From positions 1,632,001 through 1,696,000 of the forward strand of contig CAWCYD010000003.1 in assembly GCA_963799775.1 (NCBI GenBank): a stretch of 64,000 nucleotides of DNA. Direction: 5' to 3'. This DNA is from an uncultured archaeon. Its GTDB lineage: Archaea > Thermoproteota > Nitrososphaeria > Nitrososphaerales > Gagatemarchaeaceae. The translations under genes were made by a program, and so were the position numbers. Below the pieces are notes generated by a model, which saw only the letters and a program-made list of their open reading frames with translations, had not been told where the DNA came from and ran no database searches. Each line of letters opens with the position of its first letter. The first letter of the stretch is position 1. Shown here one piece after another: positions 38,794 through 48,518 of this stretch.

Positions 38794-40470
38794 GTGGTAA
38801 GGCAGAGATGGCTCGCATTCGCGACTGTTATCGTCGCAGCACTAATCCTAGGAGTCGCTCTTGAAATCATCAATCCACCGCCTAGTCATCAAACCGGCAG
38901 CAGTTCGATCTCCAGCATAGCCACGGCGAACTTGATTCCTACCTCGACTACATCCTCAATTCAATCTTCTTCTTCGGCGACGAGGCCCAACGTGAACTCT
39001 GCAACAACCAGCACGACCGAAACGACCTCCGCAACTCCGCCCTTGTGGACCTACTCGAGCAATGGAACGATCAACTCAATCTCTATGAGTGGCAAAGGCG
39101 AGTACACTGCAGTGGGAGTAGGTTATGGGGAGACCGGTGGAGCGGTCCTCCTTTTCGATAGGGGCGGCGACCTCCTCTGGCAGTATCAAACCGACATGAT
39201 AATTACGCATGTCGCAATTTCGGACAACGGCTCCCATATCGTGGCGACTGGGTTCCAATACCCGCCTACCCTTCCGAGCATCCTGTCCAAGGCCGCAACA
39301 GCGATCTACGCGCTCGACTCGGACGGAAGCGTAGCTTGGACTCGAACTGCATCTAGTGCGCGAGACCTCTCTTTCGAGGGGGCAATATCCTCGGATGGGC
39401 TCCTAGTGGCAGTTGCCAGTCCCGATGCTTCCCTTGCTGTGTTGGATTGGCAAGGTCAGGTACTCTGGAATGACTCTGCCCCCGTTGCGAATGCTCCAGT
39501 GGTTTTTCAGAACGGAAGCCTCTTCGTCGACGGCACCAATGGGACTTCGGTCTTCGGGCCTAGCGGTAATTTATTGTGGACGGACAACGGAGCGAATAAC
39601 GTCTGGTCGGGTGGTGTTGCGATAACGCCAACTGGATACTTGGTGGCGACGTCTTACGATGCTGGGGACAACAATCCGGGTATGATCATGCTTCTCTCAG
39701 GTAATGGTACCCTCTTGTGGGAACATACCGACGAGAGCGGGGCTTACTCTGCAGCAGTGCTTCCGGATGGGTCTTCCGTCGCTTTTACAGCCGCCGAGGG
39801 GCGAGTTCTGTTTTTCAGCCGGAATGGGACTCTCCTTGGCGATCTCACTACCCCTTCTGATTATCCGAGTGTTTTTCCAGCTCCGAAGGACAGCTTCCTC
39901 GTCGGCGGTGGACACAGCAGCGGACTGTGGCTCTTCAATTCCACTGGGGGGCAAACGTGGAGCTATCCTCTGAAGGATGTCGGCACGGTATCGATTTCGA
40001 GTGACGCCAATTTTGCGGCCGCGTCGAACGGCACTGGCGCGCTCGCTCTAGAACGCCAAAAGGCTCCTCTGAGCACCCTTTACTTCTTCAGTATGTCGAT
40101 GGCAACGGTGATGAATCCATTACACAAGGTGACTTTCCAGCAGGTAAGGTATTGCAACCAATACAACATCCTACCTTGGGCAGTAACGCTCGAGGGGATT
40201 ACCCAAGTCCAACCGCATAATCAGACCCTCCCGCTTCCGTCTAATACATTCTCCACCGTGGTTCCGGACCAGAACCTAACGCGCATTAACTTCGATGTCC
40301 TTTCTGGGACTTACAACTACACGATCATCGGTGGGGCACCTCCGGGTGGCGAGCTTTACGTGGGCAACGGGTACCAGAGTGGAACAGTTATCGTGAATGG
40401 CTCTGATGTTACCGTGAGCGTTGGGGTACAGCTCAGCTTCACGTGCACCTCATCAACCAAAGCTCCGTAA
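38794..40470 (+). CDS. Secreted PQQ/WD40-like beta-propeller surface protein with C-terminal beta-sandwich
   Basis: TM + S/T linker; repeated 'G.LLW' and 'AIS.DG' blade motifs; C-terminal 'GTYNY...GTVIVNGSDVTV'. Confidence 0.85.
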   Translation: MVRQRWLAFATVIVAALILGVALEIINPPPSHQTGSSSISSIATANLIPTSTTSSIQSSSSATRPNVNSATTSTTETTSATPPLWTYSSNGTINSISMSGKGEYTAVGVGYGETGGAVLLFDRGGDLLWQYQTDMIITHVAISDNGSHIVATGFQYPPTLPSILSKAATAIYALDSDGSVAWTRTASSARDLSFEGAISSDGLLVAVASPDASLAVLDWQGQVLWNDSAPVANAPVVFQNGSLFVDGTNGTSVFGPSGNLLWTDNGANNVWSGGVAITPTGYLVATSYDAGDNNPGMIMLLSGNGTLLWEHTDESGAYSAAVLPDGSSVAFTAAEGRVLFFSRNGTLLGDLTTPSDYPSVFPAPKDSFLVGGGHSSGLWLFNSTGGQTWSYPLKDVGTVSISSDANFAAASNGTGALALERQKAPLSTLYFFSMSMATVMNPLHKVTFQQVRYCNQYNILPWAVTLEGITQVQPHNQTLPLPSNTFSTVVPDQNLTRINFDVLSGTYNYTIIGGAPPGGELYVGNGYQSGTVIVNGSDVTVSVGVQLSFTCTSSTKAP

Positions 40471-40518
40471 TGAACCAACGGGATGCTATGGGAAGCCCCA
40501 CCGATTTGAACGCAAACC

Positions 40519-40540
40519 TTCAAATTCGCTGCGACCGCAC
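40519..40540 (+). repeat. Degenerate copy of tRNA-Gly 3' end (att-like)
   Basis: TTCAAATTCGCTGCGACCGCAC vs tRNA TTCAAATCCCTGCGACCGCAC (38668-38688). Confidence 0.7.
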
Positions 40541-40589
40541 AGTTCAAACTCATTAGACGCCTGCTTTGACCTCGGAAGTCCCGGCTGCG

Positions 40590-40961
40590 CTAGTTTCCGC
40601 CGTTATGATGGCGACTGTGATGGTCGTAGTTCGCTGCGTGCGAACCGCGTCTTTGGAGGGTGAAGAGCAATGCGGCACCGAGACCGACCATCGCGAGACC
40701 GACGAGGCCCCATGCGGCACCTGGATTGATTACCTCGCTCAGGTAAGTGACTAGGCCGATGAGCGAGAAGATGACCCCCGCGGAGACCGCCACCGCCCCC
40801 AGGAGGCCGATGGCCATCGCCTTGACGGCCCTTCGGACGGTCTTGTCGACGAAGACCTCCACGTCGCGCTTCAGGACGTCCGCGTAGTCGTCGACGCCTT
40901 CCTTCACGTGGTCAAACACTTGGTCTACGATTTGTTGGACGGCCTTGGAGACGAACGACAA
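40590..40961 (-). CDS. Two-TM membrane protein (phage-holin-like/YqjE-type)
   Basis: Acidic amphipathic N-terminus plus two TM helices, downstream of DUF883-like gene. Confidence 0.65.
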   Translation of the reverse strand: MSFVSKAVQQIVDQVFDHVKEGVDDYADVLKRDVEVFVDKTVRRAVKAMAIGLLGAVAVSAGVIFSLIGLVTYLSEVINPGAAWGLVGLAMVGLGAALLFTLQRRGSHAANYDHHSRHHNGGN

Positions 40962-40969
40962 CCGTCAGA

Positions 40970-41296
40970 CTACTCTTTGCTCTTTCGCCCAAGGATTACG
41001 CCTAGAATGACACCTGCGAGCACTCCTGTTCCGAGCGCATATCCTACCGCGGTCAGAGGCTTCTCCCGGATGGCGTCCCTGCCCGGCTCGACGTACTCGT
41101 CAATATGCTTGAGCAGGTCTGAAAGCCTCTCCTCGAGCTCGCTCTTGAGAACGTCAAGCGACTCCTCGGCGCTGGCCATCCCCTTTCCACTCCCAATCTC
41201 TGTTTGAATGTCATGTATTCGGCGCTCAAAGTCCTTCTTCAGGCCTTTGACGGCATCGTCTAGTGACTGCTCCTTTCCATTGGTTCTTGATGCCAA
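40970..41296 (-). CDS. DUF883/ElaB/YqjD-like tail-anchored protein
   Basis: Coiled N-terminus; 'IREKPLTAVGYALGTGVLAGVILG..R' C-terminal motif. Confidence 0.8.
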   Translation of the reverse strand: MASRTNGKEQSLDDAVKGLKKDFERRIHDIQTEIGSGKGMASAEESLDVLKSELEERLSDLLKHIDEYVEPGRDAIREKPLTAVGYALGTGVLAGVILGVILGRKSKE

Positions 41297-41526
41297 GATT
41301 CTTCGATAGGAAGAGCGTGCGGTTCGTATTTAATGGTGACAGGACATTCTTCTGGTCGAGTCATCCATAGCGACTCTTGGCTCGGCCGTTCTGCCCCGAT
41401 CAGACGCTCAGCTCCCCAGATGATTGCTGGATGCGAGTGGTCGTATCCGGGCGTTCGGGCTACATTCTACGTCGGTTCAAGAGCAGACTCCATATCATCG
41501 ATTCATAGCATGCTTGGGATACTCTA

Positions 41527-42363
41527 TTGGGTCTGAATCCATCCACTATATCGATGTCTATGTTCCCGAAGGCTCCTAGTGTAAAACGCGCCCTTGATGT
41601 ATTCGTGATGTTTGTTCTGCTGGCTTTCGCCGTGGCGATAATCCCTCTGAGCGCCGCGCATGCCCAGACGCAGCCCAGCGTTACGGTAAACTCCACCGAC
41701 ATGAACTCCAATCCGATCACAGGCTACTATGTCGTCCTGTCCGGTTCGGGCGGGAATCAGGCGGCGACAGGATTCACTCCGACGAATTTTAGCGTCATCG
41801 CTGGAGCCTCATATAGCGTCCAGGCGGACAGCTACGGGAATTGCACTTTCAATCACTGGTCCGGTGGAGTGAAGAACAACCCCATGTCGTTCACCGCGAC
41901 AAGTGGGACCACTTCGTTCACTGCGGCGTACAACTGCAACAGCACCGGTAGCGGAGGAGGAGGCGGCAGCGCGACCACAGGCGAGAGCGGCGCAGGACTG
42001 GGGACCATAACCATCTACGATCACAGGGCCCCCCAGTCTGACTGGGCGTCCTGCTTCGCGACGGTGTGCAACGCCGGCACGGGCCCGGGAGCGGCCATGT
42101 GGGTGACGCTCTATGACTCGTCCGGGTCAGTGGTGGCAACTGGGTTCTCCAACGAGAACGGGCTCACGTTCTCCGGGCTCAACCCCTCTGCTACGTACTA
42201 CCTCTATCCGGCGGACTGCGACCAATGCCACACCTCTACGCACGACGTGTTGTTCAACAACTGGGGCACTGGGAGCGACAACACCAGGCCGTTGGCCGTG
42301 GTTGCCAACGGGAGCTTCGTGGATGCCTGGTATATCTGCACGAACGGCTGCGGCGGCGTCTAG
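41527..42363 (+). CDS. Secreted Cys-containing protein with beta-sandwich repeats
   Basis: Signal peptide (AHA-Q), 'VTVNSTD.N.NPITG...GFTP...FNHW' module, Gly linker. Confidence 0.75.
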   Translation: MGLNPSTISMSMFPKAPSVKRALDVFVMFVLLAFAVAIIPLSAAHAQTQPSVTVNSTDMNSNPITGYYVVLSGSGGNQAATGFTPTNFSVIAGASYSVQADSYGNCTFNHWSGGVKNNPMSFTATSGTTSFTAAYNCNSTGSGGGGGSATTGESGAGLGTITIYDHRAPQSDWASCFATVCNAGTGPGAAMWVTLYDSSGSVVATGFSNENGLTFSGLNPSATYYLYPADCDQCHTSTHDVLFNNWGTGSDNTRPLAVVANGSFVDAWYICTNGCGGV

Positions 42364-42480
42364 ACACGAGCCGGCATGCCTGACTTCTGTTTCAGGTCGT
42401 CGCCACACGCGGGACGCGACCAAGCCTTGGCCTACGCGTGAGCGGGCAGCTCTCCGACATTAAATAACGAAAGAATCTGA

Positions 42481-42918
42481 GTGACTCCGGACGCCAGCAG
42501 GATATTCGGGGACGCCGCTCGTGCAGAAGCTCGGAATCAAGCAAGGAGACGTGCTCGCTATTCTCCATGCCCCTCAAGGTTACGATGCGGTCTTGGGGGA
42601 GCTCCCGGAAGATGTGACCGTGATTCGAGAGACGAAGGTCTCGTCGACGTCATCCAGCTCTTCGCGAGAAGCGAGGCGGATTTGAAAAGAGAATTCGCAG
42701 AGGCAAAGGCCAGCCTCAAGCAAGCCGGGATGGTCTGGGTATGCTGGCCGAAGAAGTCGTCGAAGATGCAGACCGACCTGAGCGACAATGTGGTGAGAAA
42801 GATCGGGTTGGCGGGCGGGTTGGTCGACGTCAAGGTCTGCGCCATCGACGAGGACTGGTCTGGTCTGAAATTTGTAAGAAGAACGAAAGATAGACGTGCT
42901 TCTTCTATCGGTGCTTAA
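42481..42918 (+). CDS. DUF3052 family protein (5' frameshift)
   Basis: 'AGYSGTPLVQKLGIK' in alternate frame; 'WVCWPKKSSK..TDL','GLVDVKVCAIDEDWSGLKF'. Confidence 0.85.
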   Translation: MTPDASRIFGDAARAEARNQARRRARYSPCPSRLRCGLGGAPGRCDRDSRDEGLVDVIQLFARSEADLKREFAEAKASLKQAGMVWVCWPKKSSKMQTDLSDNVVRKIGLAGGLVDVKVCAIDEDWSGLKFVRRTKDRRASSIGA

Positions 42919-42942
42919 TTATCGGGCGCGCCCTCTTGGTCG

Positions 42943-43281
42943 ATGAGCCGACCCGACCCGGGCAAGCCCCTCGTCACAATCTCCGTCTTCCTGTTCGGGA
43001 AGCCGGCGTGGGAGATCGACGGTCTGGAGGGGTCACCGGTGGACCTCCAGCTCTTGAGCGCGATAGCGATGTGTGGGGAGGAGCTCGGCAAGAGGCTGGC
43101 GAGGGCAGCCGAGCTGGGTAGGAGGCTCGTGGCGAACGGCTGGGAGGGCTACGGCCTCCTCTACGCACTGGAGTTCTACAAGACGGTGGCTCTGAAGGAC
43201 GCTGAGGACGAGTTGCGCGCCATGCGCATAGAGCCGGACGAGGTCTCCCTCAGGGAGGAGGTCGAGGAGCCGGAAGACTAG
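42943..43281 (+). CDS. Hypothetical protein
   Basis: Codon usage typical; 'LFGKPAWEID' conserved-looking motif. Confidence 0.65.
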   Translation: MSRPDPGKPLVTISVFLFGKPAWEIDGLEGSPVDLQLLSAIAMCGEELGKRLARAAELGRRLVANGWEGYGLLYALEFYKTVALKDAEDELRAMRIEPDEVSLREEVEEPED

Positions 43282-43844
43282 GACTTCGCCGGCTGCGGGA
43301 TCTTGTTGAACTCCCTCCTCATCTTTGCAAGGTCGCCTGACTTTGTGCTGAACGCGAGCTCGGTCGCGAGTGTGGCAAGGAAGAACAGGAGGCCCAGCAC
43401 GACGGCAGGAAGCCTGAAGCCCCCCGCCACGAAGACGTAGAGAAGCTCGACCCCGACCAAGGCGTTGCTGACAATCACCCCGGCCCCGAAGATGTACCCT
43501 CTCTTGCGAGCTGGCAGCGCAGCCATCTCTTCTTTCCTCAACTTCGTGCCTATGGTAGGGACGAGTCCCCCGATCGTGCTCATGGGCTTCATCTTGAGCT
43601 TGCGGAAATCGCTCCTACCCACGAAGAAGTACTCTGTCCGGACACCCGCGGCTCGAGCCACGAAGAGGTGTCCCAGCGGGTGGCTGGAGAAGAAGATCAG
43701 CCCCATCGCCACGAGCATGAGCAAGGCTTGGATGATCGCATTGCCCGACCGGCTTGCTAAGATGAGTAGGAGCGCGGAGAGAATGGCAGCGATGAGCAGC
43801 ACTGACGACGCGACCGCAGGGCCGAGCCTGGTCGCATGCTTCAT
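43278..43844 (-). CDS. Membrane protein, M50 peptidase-like (HPLGH)
   Basis: Multi-TM; 'SHPLGH', 'GAGVIVSN', 'SGD' resemble site-2 protease motifs with E replaced by P. Confidence 0.55.
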   Translation of the reverse strand: MKHATRLGPAVASSVLLIAAILSALLLILASRSGNAIIQALLMLVAMGLIFFSSHPLGHLFVARAAGVRTEYFFVGRSDFRKLKMKPMSTIGGLVPTIGTKLRKEEMAALPARKRGYIFGAGVIVSNALVGVELLYVFVAGGFRLPAVVLGLLFFLATLATELAFSTKSGDLAKMRREFNKIPQPAKS

Positions 43845-43896
43845 TTGGTGGACCCTTACGAATCGTTTGAATAACTAGCGCCTAAAAGGGTTCCAG

Positions 43897-44895
43897 ATGG
43901 GGAAAGGCCGCGCCGTCCTCCTCGTGGCGCAGAGCTTCAACAAGAGGGAGGAACTGGACCCGTTGAAGCGCTACGCGGACATCTATTGGCTCGAGGACTT
44001 AGGCCCCGAGGAGAAGGGGCGAGTCCTGCCTCTGGTGGACGCGGTCTACTCGCACGGGTGGCCCAAGGCCTTCGACCCTGGGACGGTCTCCAAGATGAAG
44101 CGCCTGCGTTTCATCCAAGCTGGGAACGCAGGAGTGAACACCTTCCGCTTCGACCTGCTCGACAAGAGAGTCATGATCTGCAGTAACGCCGGGAGCTACT
44201 CTGACGAGGTCGCCGAGTTCGCGATAGGCTTCATGCTCGCGGCGGGAAAGAGCATACTGGTCTTCGACAGGCAGCTCAGGGCTGGGGCCTAGGCGCGCAA
44301 GAGGCTGGACGACCTCGGGCGCGAGGTGGCGTACTTCAGAGGGAAGGTAATCGGGATAGTGGGGTATGGAGGGATAGGCAAGTCGACGGCGAGGATAGCC
44401 AAATCCCTCGGCATGGATGTGCTGGCGTTCGGGCGGCACACGGTCAAGGAGAAAGGAGTGAAGTCCCTCTCGGGAAAGGACGGCCTGGCGAAGCTTCTCA
44501 GGGAGTCGGACGTGGTGGTCCTTGCCGTCCCGTTGACAAAGGAGACGAGGGGCATGATCGGGAAGGAGCAGCTTGCGATGATGAAGCCGAGGGCGATATT
44601 GGTGAACGTCGCGCGAGGGGAGGTCGTCCAGAAGGAAGCCGTCTACGAGCACCTCGTGAGGAACCCGGGCTTCTTCTACGCGACGGATGTCTGGTGGCCG
44701 GACAAGGACGGGTTCGAGACCTTCTCGCCAGACCTCCCTTTTCTCGAGCTCGAGAACTTCGCCGGTTCCCCTCACGCCTCCGGCCCGAGCGCCATACTCA
44801 GTGGCGGAGTGGCGAAGGGGGTGGTGGAGAACCTGACGAGACACTTCAAGGGCCTGCCGCCGAAGAACGTCGTGGACAGGTCCGAGTACGTCTAG
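43897..44895 (+). CDS. D-2-hydroxyacid dehydrogenase (frameshift ~44288)
   Basis: 'AGV','NAG.YSDEVAE','GIVGYGGIG','PLTKETRGMI','VNVARG','DVW','SPH'. Confidence 0.92.
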
Positions 44896-44901
44896 CTCGC
44901 G

Positions 44902-45069
44902 TCAGTAGCCGATCTCGGAGCTCGGCCTAAGGTGCCGCATCGACTTCACCCTGCCACACTTCTTGCATCTGTAGACTCCTCTACCCCTGGGGTTGTAGTC
45001 GCGACCGTCGACGACGGCCTCGTGCTCGGTCCTCATCATGCACTTCTCGCAATACCTGTACTCGGGCAA
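44902..45069 (-). CDS. Zinc-ribbon micro-protein (55 aa)
   Basis: Manual: MPEYRYCEKCMMRTEHEAVVDGRDYNPRGRGVYRCKKCGRVKSMRHLRPSSEIGY*. Confidence 0.7.
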   Translation of the reverse strand: MPEYRYCEKCMMRTEHEAVVDGRDYNPRGRGVYRCKKCGRVKSMRHLRPSSEIGY

Positions 45070-45130
45070 CCTTTTCTACAGGAAATTTGCGCGCCACGCT
45101 ATATAAGAAACCGGCGGTTGCTAGAAGGAG

Positions 45131-45385
45131 ATGCCCTTCGACCTGGTCCTCGTCGGGATCGCGATAATCGTCGCCGGGTTCTTCGTCGTCTTCCTGGCGA
45201 CTTTCGCAGGCGCCTCGTCCGAAGAGGGAGAGAGACGAGGTAACGTGAAGGGAGGGGGCGTGATTTTGATTGGTCCTATCCCCATCGTCTTCGGGTCAGA
45301 CGCCAGATGGGCCAGCGTCGCTATCGTCCTTGCGATATTGCTCATCGTGGTCGTGCTCTTCTCCGGAGTCTTGACCGGGCGATGA
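45131..45385 (+). CDS. DUF131 membrane protein
   Basis: 'GGGVILIGPIPIVFGSD'. Confidence 0.9.
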   Translation: MPFDLVLVGIAIIVAGFFVVFLATFAGASSEEGERRGNVKGGGVILIGPIPIVFGSDARWASVAIVLAILLIVVVLFSGVLTGR

Positions 45386-45663
45386 ACGGCCCGAGACTGA
45401 TGCTACTCGGGATGGGTATGATCTTCATCGGATTCGTCGTGGTATTGATCGGGGCCTTGAGCGGCGGTGGCTCCACCTCGACGGGTGGCTTCATACTCAT
45501 CGGGCCGATCCCGATATTCTTCGGTAGTGGCCAGAACTCGGGTGACCTCGCCACTCTTGGGCTTGTGGTCACGGTCGTGATGGTCGTGGTATATCTCGTC
45601 GCCTTCTTGGCTTGGAGGTCGGGAAGGAGGCGGGAGGCACAGTCTGGAGAAAGATCCGGGTAG
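45382..45663 (+). CDS. DUF131 membrane protein (second)
   Basis: 'GGFILIGPIPIFFGSG'; ATG overlaps previous stop. Confidence 0.88.
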   Translation: MNGPRLMLLGMGMIFIGFVVVLIGALSGGGSTSTGGFILIGPIPIFFGSGQNSGDLATLGLVVTVVMVVVYLVAFLAWRSGRRREAQSGERSG

Positions 45664-45703
45664 CGTTACCTCTTGGTCGGATGCCTCGTCCTTGGTAGGG
45701 TTG

Positions 45704-45919
45704 CTACTTTTCGTCGGAAGCCCTTGATAGGATGCTCTCGACCTTCTTCAATGCCTCTGAAACATCCTGCGCGGGACCGTAAGAAGTCACCCCGTCCCAG
45801 GTAGCACTCGTGAACAGTTTCGACAACCCAGCGCCCGCCGAGCCCCAAGCACGGCCTTTCATGTGCAATTCGTCTAGGACGTTCCGCACCTGGCCAAGCG
45901 ATTCTTCGTCGAGCTTCAT
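45704..45919 (-). CDS. Small hypothetical protein
   Basis: 71-aa ORF with TATA-like element upstream. Confidence 0.5.
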   Translation of the reverse strand: MKLDEESLGQVRNVLDELHMKGRAWGSAGAGLSKLFTSATWDGVTSYGPAQDVSEALKKVESILSRASDEK

Positions 45920-46094
45920 GCTGGATTTGCTCGCCCTCGTTCTCTATTAACGTTCGGCCGACTTGCGGCCGCCTTCTAGATGATAGTTAGCCACAATCCA
46001 GATGGCGAGCCAGCCGACGAACCTTGACAACTAAGACTCGACACTACCATGTTGCAGAATCCCTAAATATCACCTGCCGTGGTCCAGGTTCAAG

Positions 46095-46472
46095 ATGCAG
46101 AAGATAATGCCGATAGTGACTTTCACTCCGCTCGCCAAGCAGAAGCTCTCCGAGGTTTTGAAGGAGCAGGACCAAAGCGGCTCTTTCCTTAGGATAGACG
46201 TGTATGCGTCTGGTGGATGCGCGTGCAGCGGCGGCTATGCTTACGGGATGCAGCTCGCAGACAAGCCCAGGACCAACGATATCGTCGAGGATGTTGAGAC
46301 CTTCAAGGTCGTGACGGACAAGAACAACGCCGACATCCTGAGGGGCTCGAAGATCGACTTCATCGAGACCTTACAGAGGCAAGGCTTCAAGATCGAGAAC
46401 CCGAACGTCCAAGGTCAGGGTTGTGGGTGTGGAGGCGGTGCCGATGAGCACAGCGGCCACTCTCACCAGTAG
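46095..46472 (+). CDS. HesB/IscA-type Fe-S carrier
   Basis: 'GGCACSGG..Y','GSKIDF','GFKIENPN...CGCG'. Confidence 0.92.
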   Translation: MQKIMPIVTFTPLAKQKLSEVLKEQDQSGSFLRIDVYASGGCACSGGYAYGMQLADKPRTNDIVEDVETFKVVTDKNNADILRGSKIDFIETLQRQGFKIENPNVQGQGCGCGGGADEHSGHSHQ

Positions 46473-46555
46473 ATCATCTCGTCGCTGATTCTCAGCTGCT
46501 TCTTCGCGCCTAGAAAGCATGGCGCATTCAACCCCTCTTGCCTAGCGGCTGCCTG

Positions 46556-47866
46556 TCACTTGCGTTCGCCGACGAGCGCACGAAGGTCCAGGATCTTGTC
46601 GATCTCCCTCTCGGTGTACCCGAGCTGCTTCAGGCCGTCCCTTATCGAGAGGCCACGTGCGAGCCTCTTCCCGACCTTCGCCGCCTTGTCGTAGCCTATC
46701 TCTGGGCTTATGGCGGTTATGAGCGCAGGGCTGCTCTCCGCGAAAGCCTTGTTCCTCTTGACGTTGGGGACGATGTTGTCTACGACGACGGACGAGAGCC
46801 TCCTCAGGGCCTCTGCTAGGAGAGAGATCTGTGTTGCCACGTTGTAGCCTACCAGCGGGATGCCCATGCTGAGCTCGAACTCCCCGAGCATCCCCGCCCT
46901 CTGGTTCGCAGCGTCGAGGCCCATCACCTGGACCGCGACGAGCATCGCCGCCTCGACGGTCACGGGGTTGGTCTTCCCAGGCATTATGCTGCTTCCCGCC
47001 ACTTCCTCCTGCGTGGGTATCTCCACCTCATTGAGGCCCGTCGCCGGACCCGAGAACATCAGCCTGATGTCCTGGCAGAGCCGGTAGACGTCGAGGGCGG
47101 TCAGGCTCAGGACCGAGCTCAGCGCGACCAGGTCGGAGAGCAGCCTCATGGCCCGGAACCTGCTCCTCGCTTCGGAGAAGCCGAGCTTTGTGGCGCTGTT
47201 TATCCCGCGAATCACGGCAGCCCCGAACCTGGGGTTGGTGTTCATGCCCGTGCCCACCGCTGTGCCCCCAATGGGCAGCTCCTTCGCGTAGGTCAGGACG
47301 CTCCTGAGGAGCTGCACGTCGTGGTCGAGCGCGTCGGAGTAGGCGGCGAACTCCTGGCCCATCGTCAACGGCAGCGCGTCCCTGAGATGGGTGCGCCCCG
47401 CCTTGTAGACCTTCGACGTCCGCTCCGCCAGGTTCGAGAGGCTCCTGGACGCCTTCGCCGTTGCCGGTGCGAGGTCTTGCGTGGAGAGGGCGACAGCGCA
47501 GATCCTGATCGCCGAAGGCCCGACGTCGTTCGAGGACTGTCCCAAGTTGACGTGGTCGTTCGCGTGGACCGCCCTCCCGAGGATCTCGCTCGCCCTCTCG
47601 GCGATTATCTCGTTCACGTTCATGTTCAGCCCTGTACCCGAGCCCGTCTGAAAGACGTCGACGATGACCTTGGGATCGTGCTTCCCCTTCATCACCTCGT
47701 CGGAGGCTTGCACTATCGCCGAGGCGATCCTTGGTTCGAGGGTCCCCAAGGAGGAGTTGGCTTTGGCCGCCTCCCGCTTGATGAGGGCCACGGACCAGAT
47801 GAGCTTGCGAGGGAAGCGCGTCCCGGTGTCCATGAACACCTTCTTCGCACCCTCGACGTATCTCAT
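46556..47866 (-). CDS. fumC: Class II fumarate hydratase / aspartase family
   Basis: '[14 protein letters not shown]','QSSND','GRTHLRDA.P','[11 protein letters not shown]'. Confidence 0.9.
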   Translation of the reverse strand: MRYVEGAKKVFMDTGTRFPRKLIWSVALIKREAAKANSSLGTLEPRIASAIVQASDEVMKGKHDPKVIVDVFQTGSGTGLNMNVNEIIAERASEILGRAVHANDHVNLGQSSNDVGPSAIRICAVALSTQDLAPATAKASRSLSNLAERTSKVYKAGRTHLRDALPLTMGQEFAAYSDALDHDVQLLRSVLTYAKELPIGGTAVGTGMNTNPRFGAAVIRGINSATKLGFSEARSRFRAMRLLSDLVALSSVLSLTALDVYRLCQDIRLMFSGPATGLNEVEIPTQEEVAGSSIMPGKTNPVTVEAAMLVAVQVMGLDAANQRAGMLGEFELSMGIPLVGYNVATQISLLAEALRRLSSVVVDNIVPNVKRNKAFAESSPALITAISPEIGYDKAAKVGKRLARGLSIRDGLKQLGYTEREIDKILDLRALVGERK

Positions 47867-47920
47867 GTGAGAGTGCTTTTGGAGGCCGGGTGCCTCTCTT
47901 AAGGATTCGAGCGGCCCGGT

Positions 47921-48419
47921 CTATCGCCTTTGCCGGACGCCTATCTTCTCGATGAGTCTGCCGAGCTCCGAGTCGTCCACCGCTTCCACCCTGAGGTAGC
48001 GGAGTATCTCGTCCTCGGTCATCTGGAGCCGTTTCGCTTCGTCCACGGTGTATCGGTATGCCTCTATCTCGGTGGGCCGGTCCACGTACTCGAACGTCTG
48101 GTCGAAAAGGTCCATTCCCGTCAAGGAACTGCTTCACGTGGACGAGCACATGGATGACGTCGAGGTATAGGCAGTTGATCTTCGCAGTCACGAGGTACTT
48201 CGCGCCGACGCAGACCGCGCCGGTGTTGTGGTCGAGCCAGATTCCCCAGTCGGAGTCGATTATGCTGACCTTGAGGTGCCTCACTATCTTGGACATGTCC
48301 CGTTGCGAACCGAAGAGCCTAAGTAATGTGGGAGAGTTCTCGGCGCCGATGAATATCTGCGTGAACTTGTACTCCCCAAGTTTCACGTTGCGCCGCGCCT
48401 TGAATATCTTCGGAGCCAA
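47921..48419 (-). CDS. Hypothetical zincin-like protein (frameshift ~48120)
   Basis: 'LDVIHVLVHVKQ' followed by 'YVDRPTEIEAY'. Confidence 0.65.
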
Positions 48420-48518
48420 TCCGGTTCACAAAACGGGCAGAACAATCAAAAGGCGGGAACTCAACTTGTCTTCACTTTCTGCGGCCAATTTTGCAACTCT
48501 GACATCTGCGAGAGGTCG

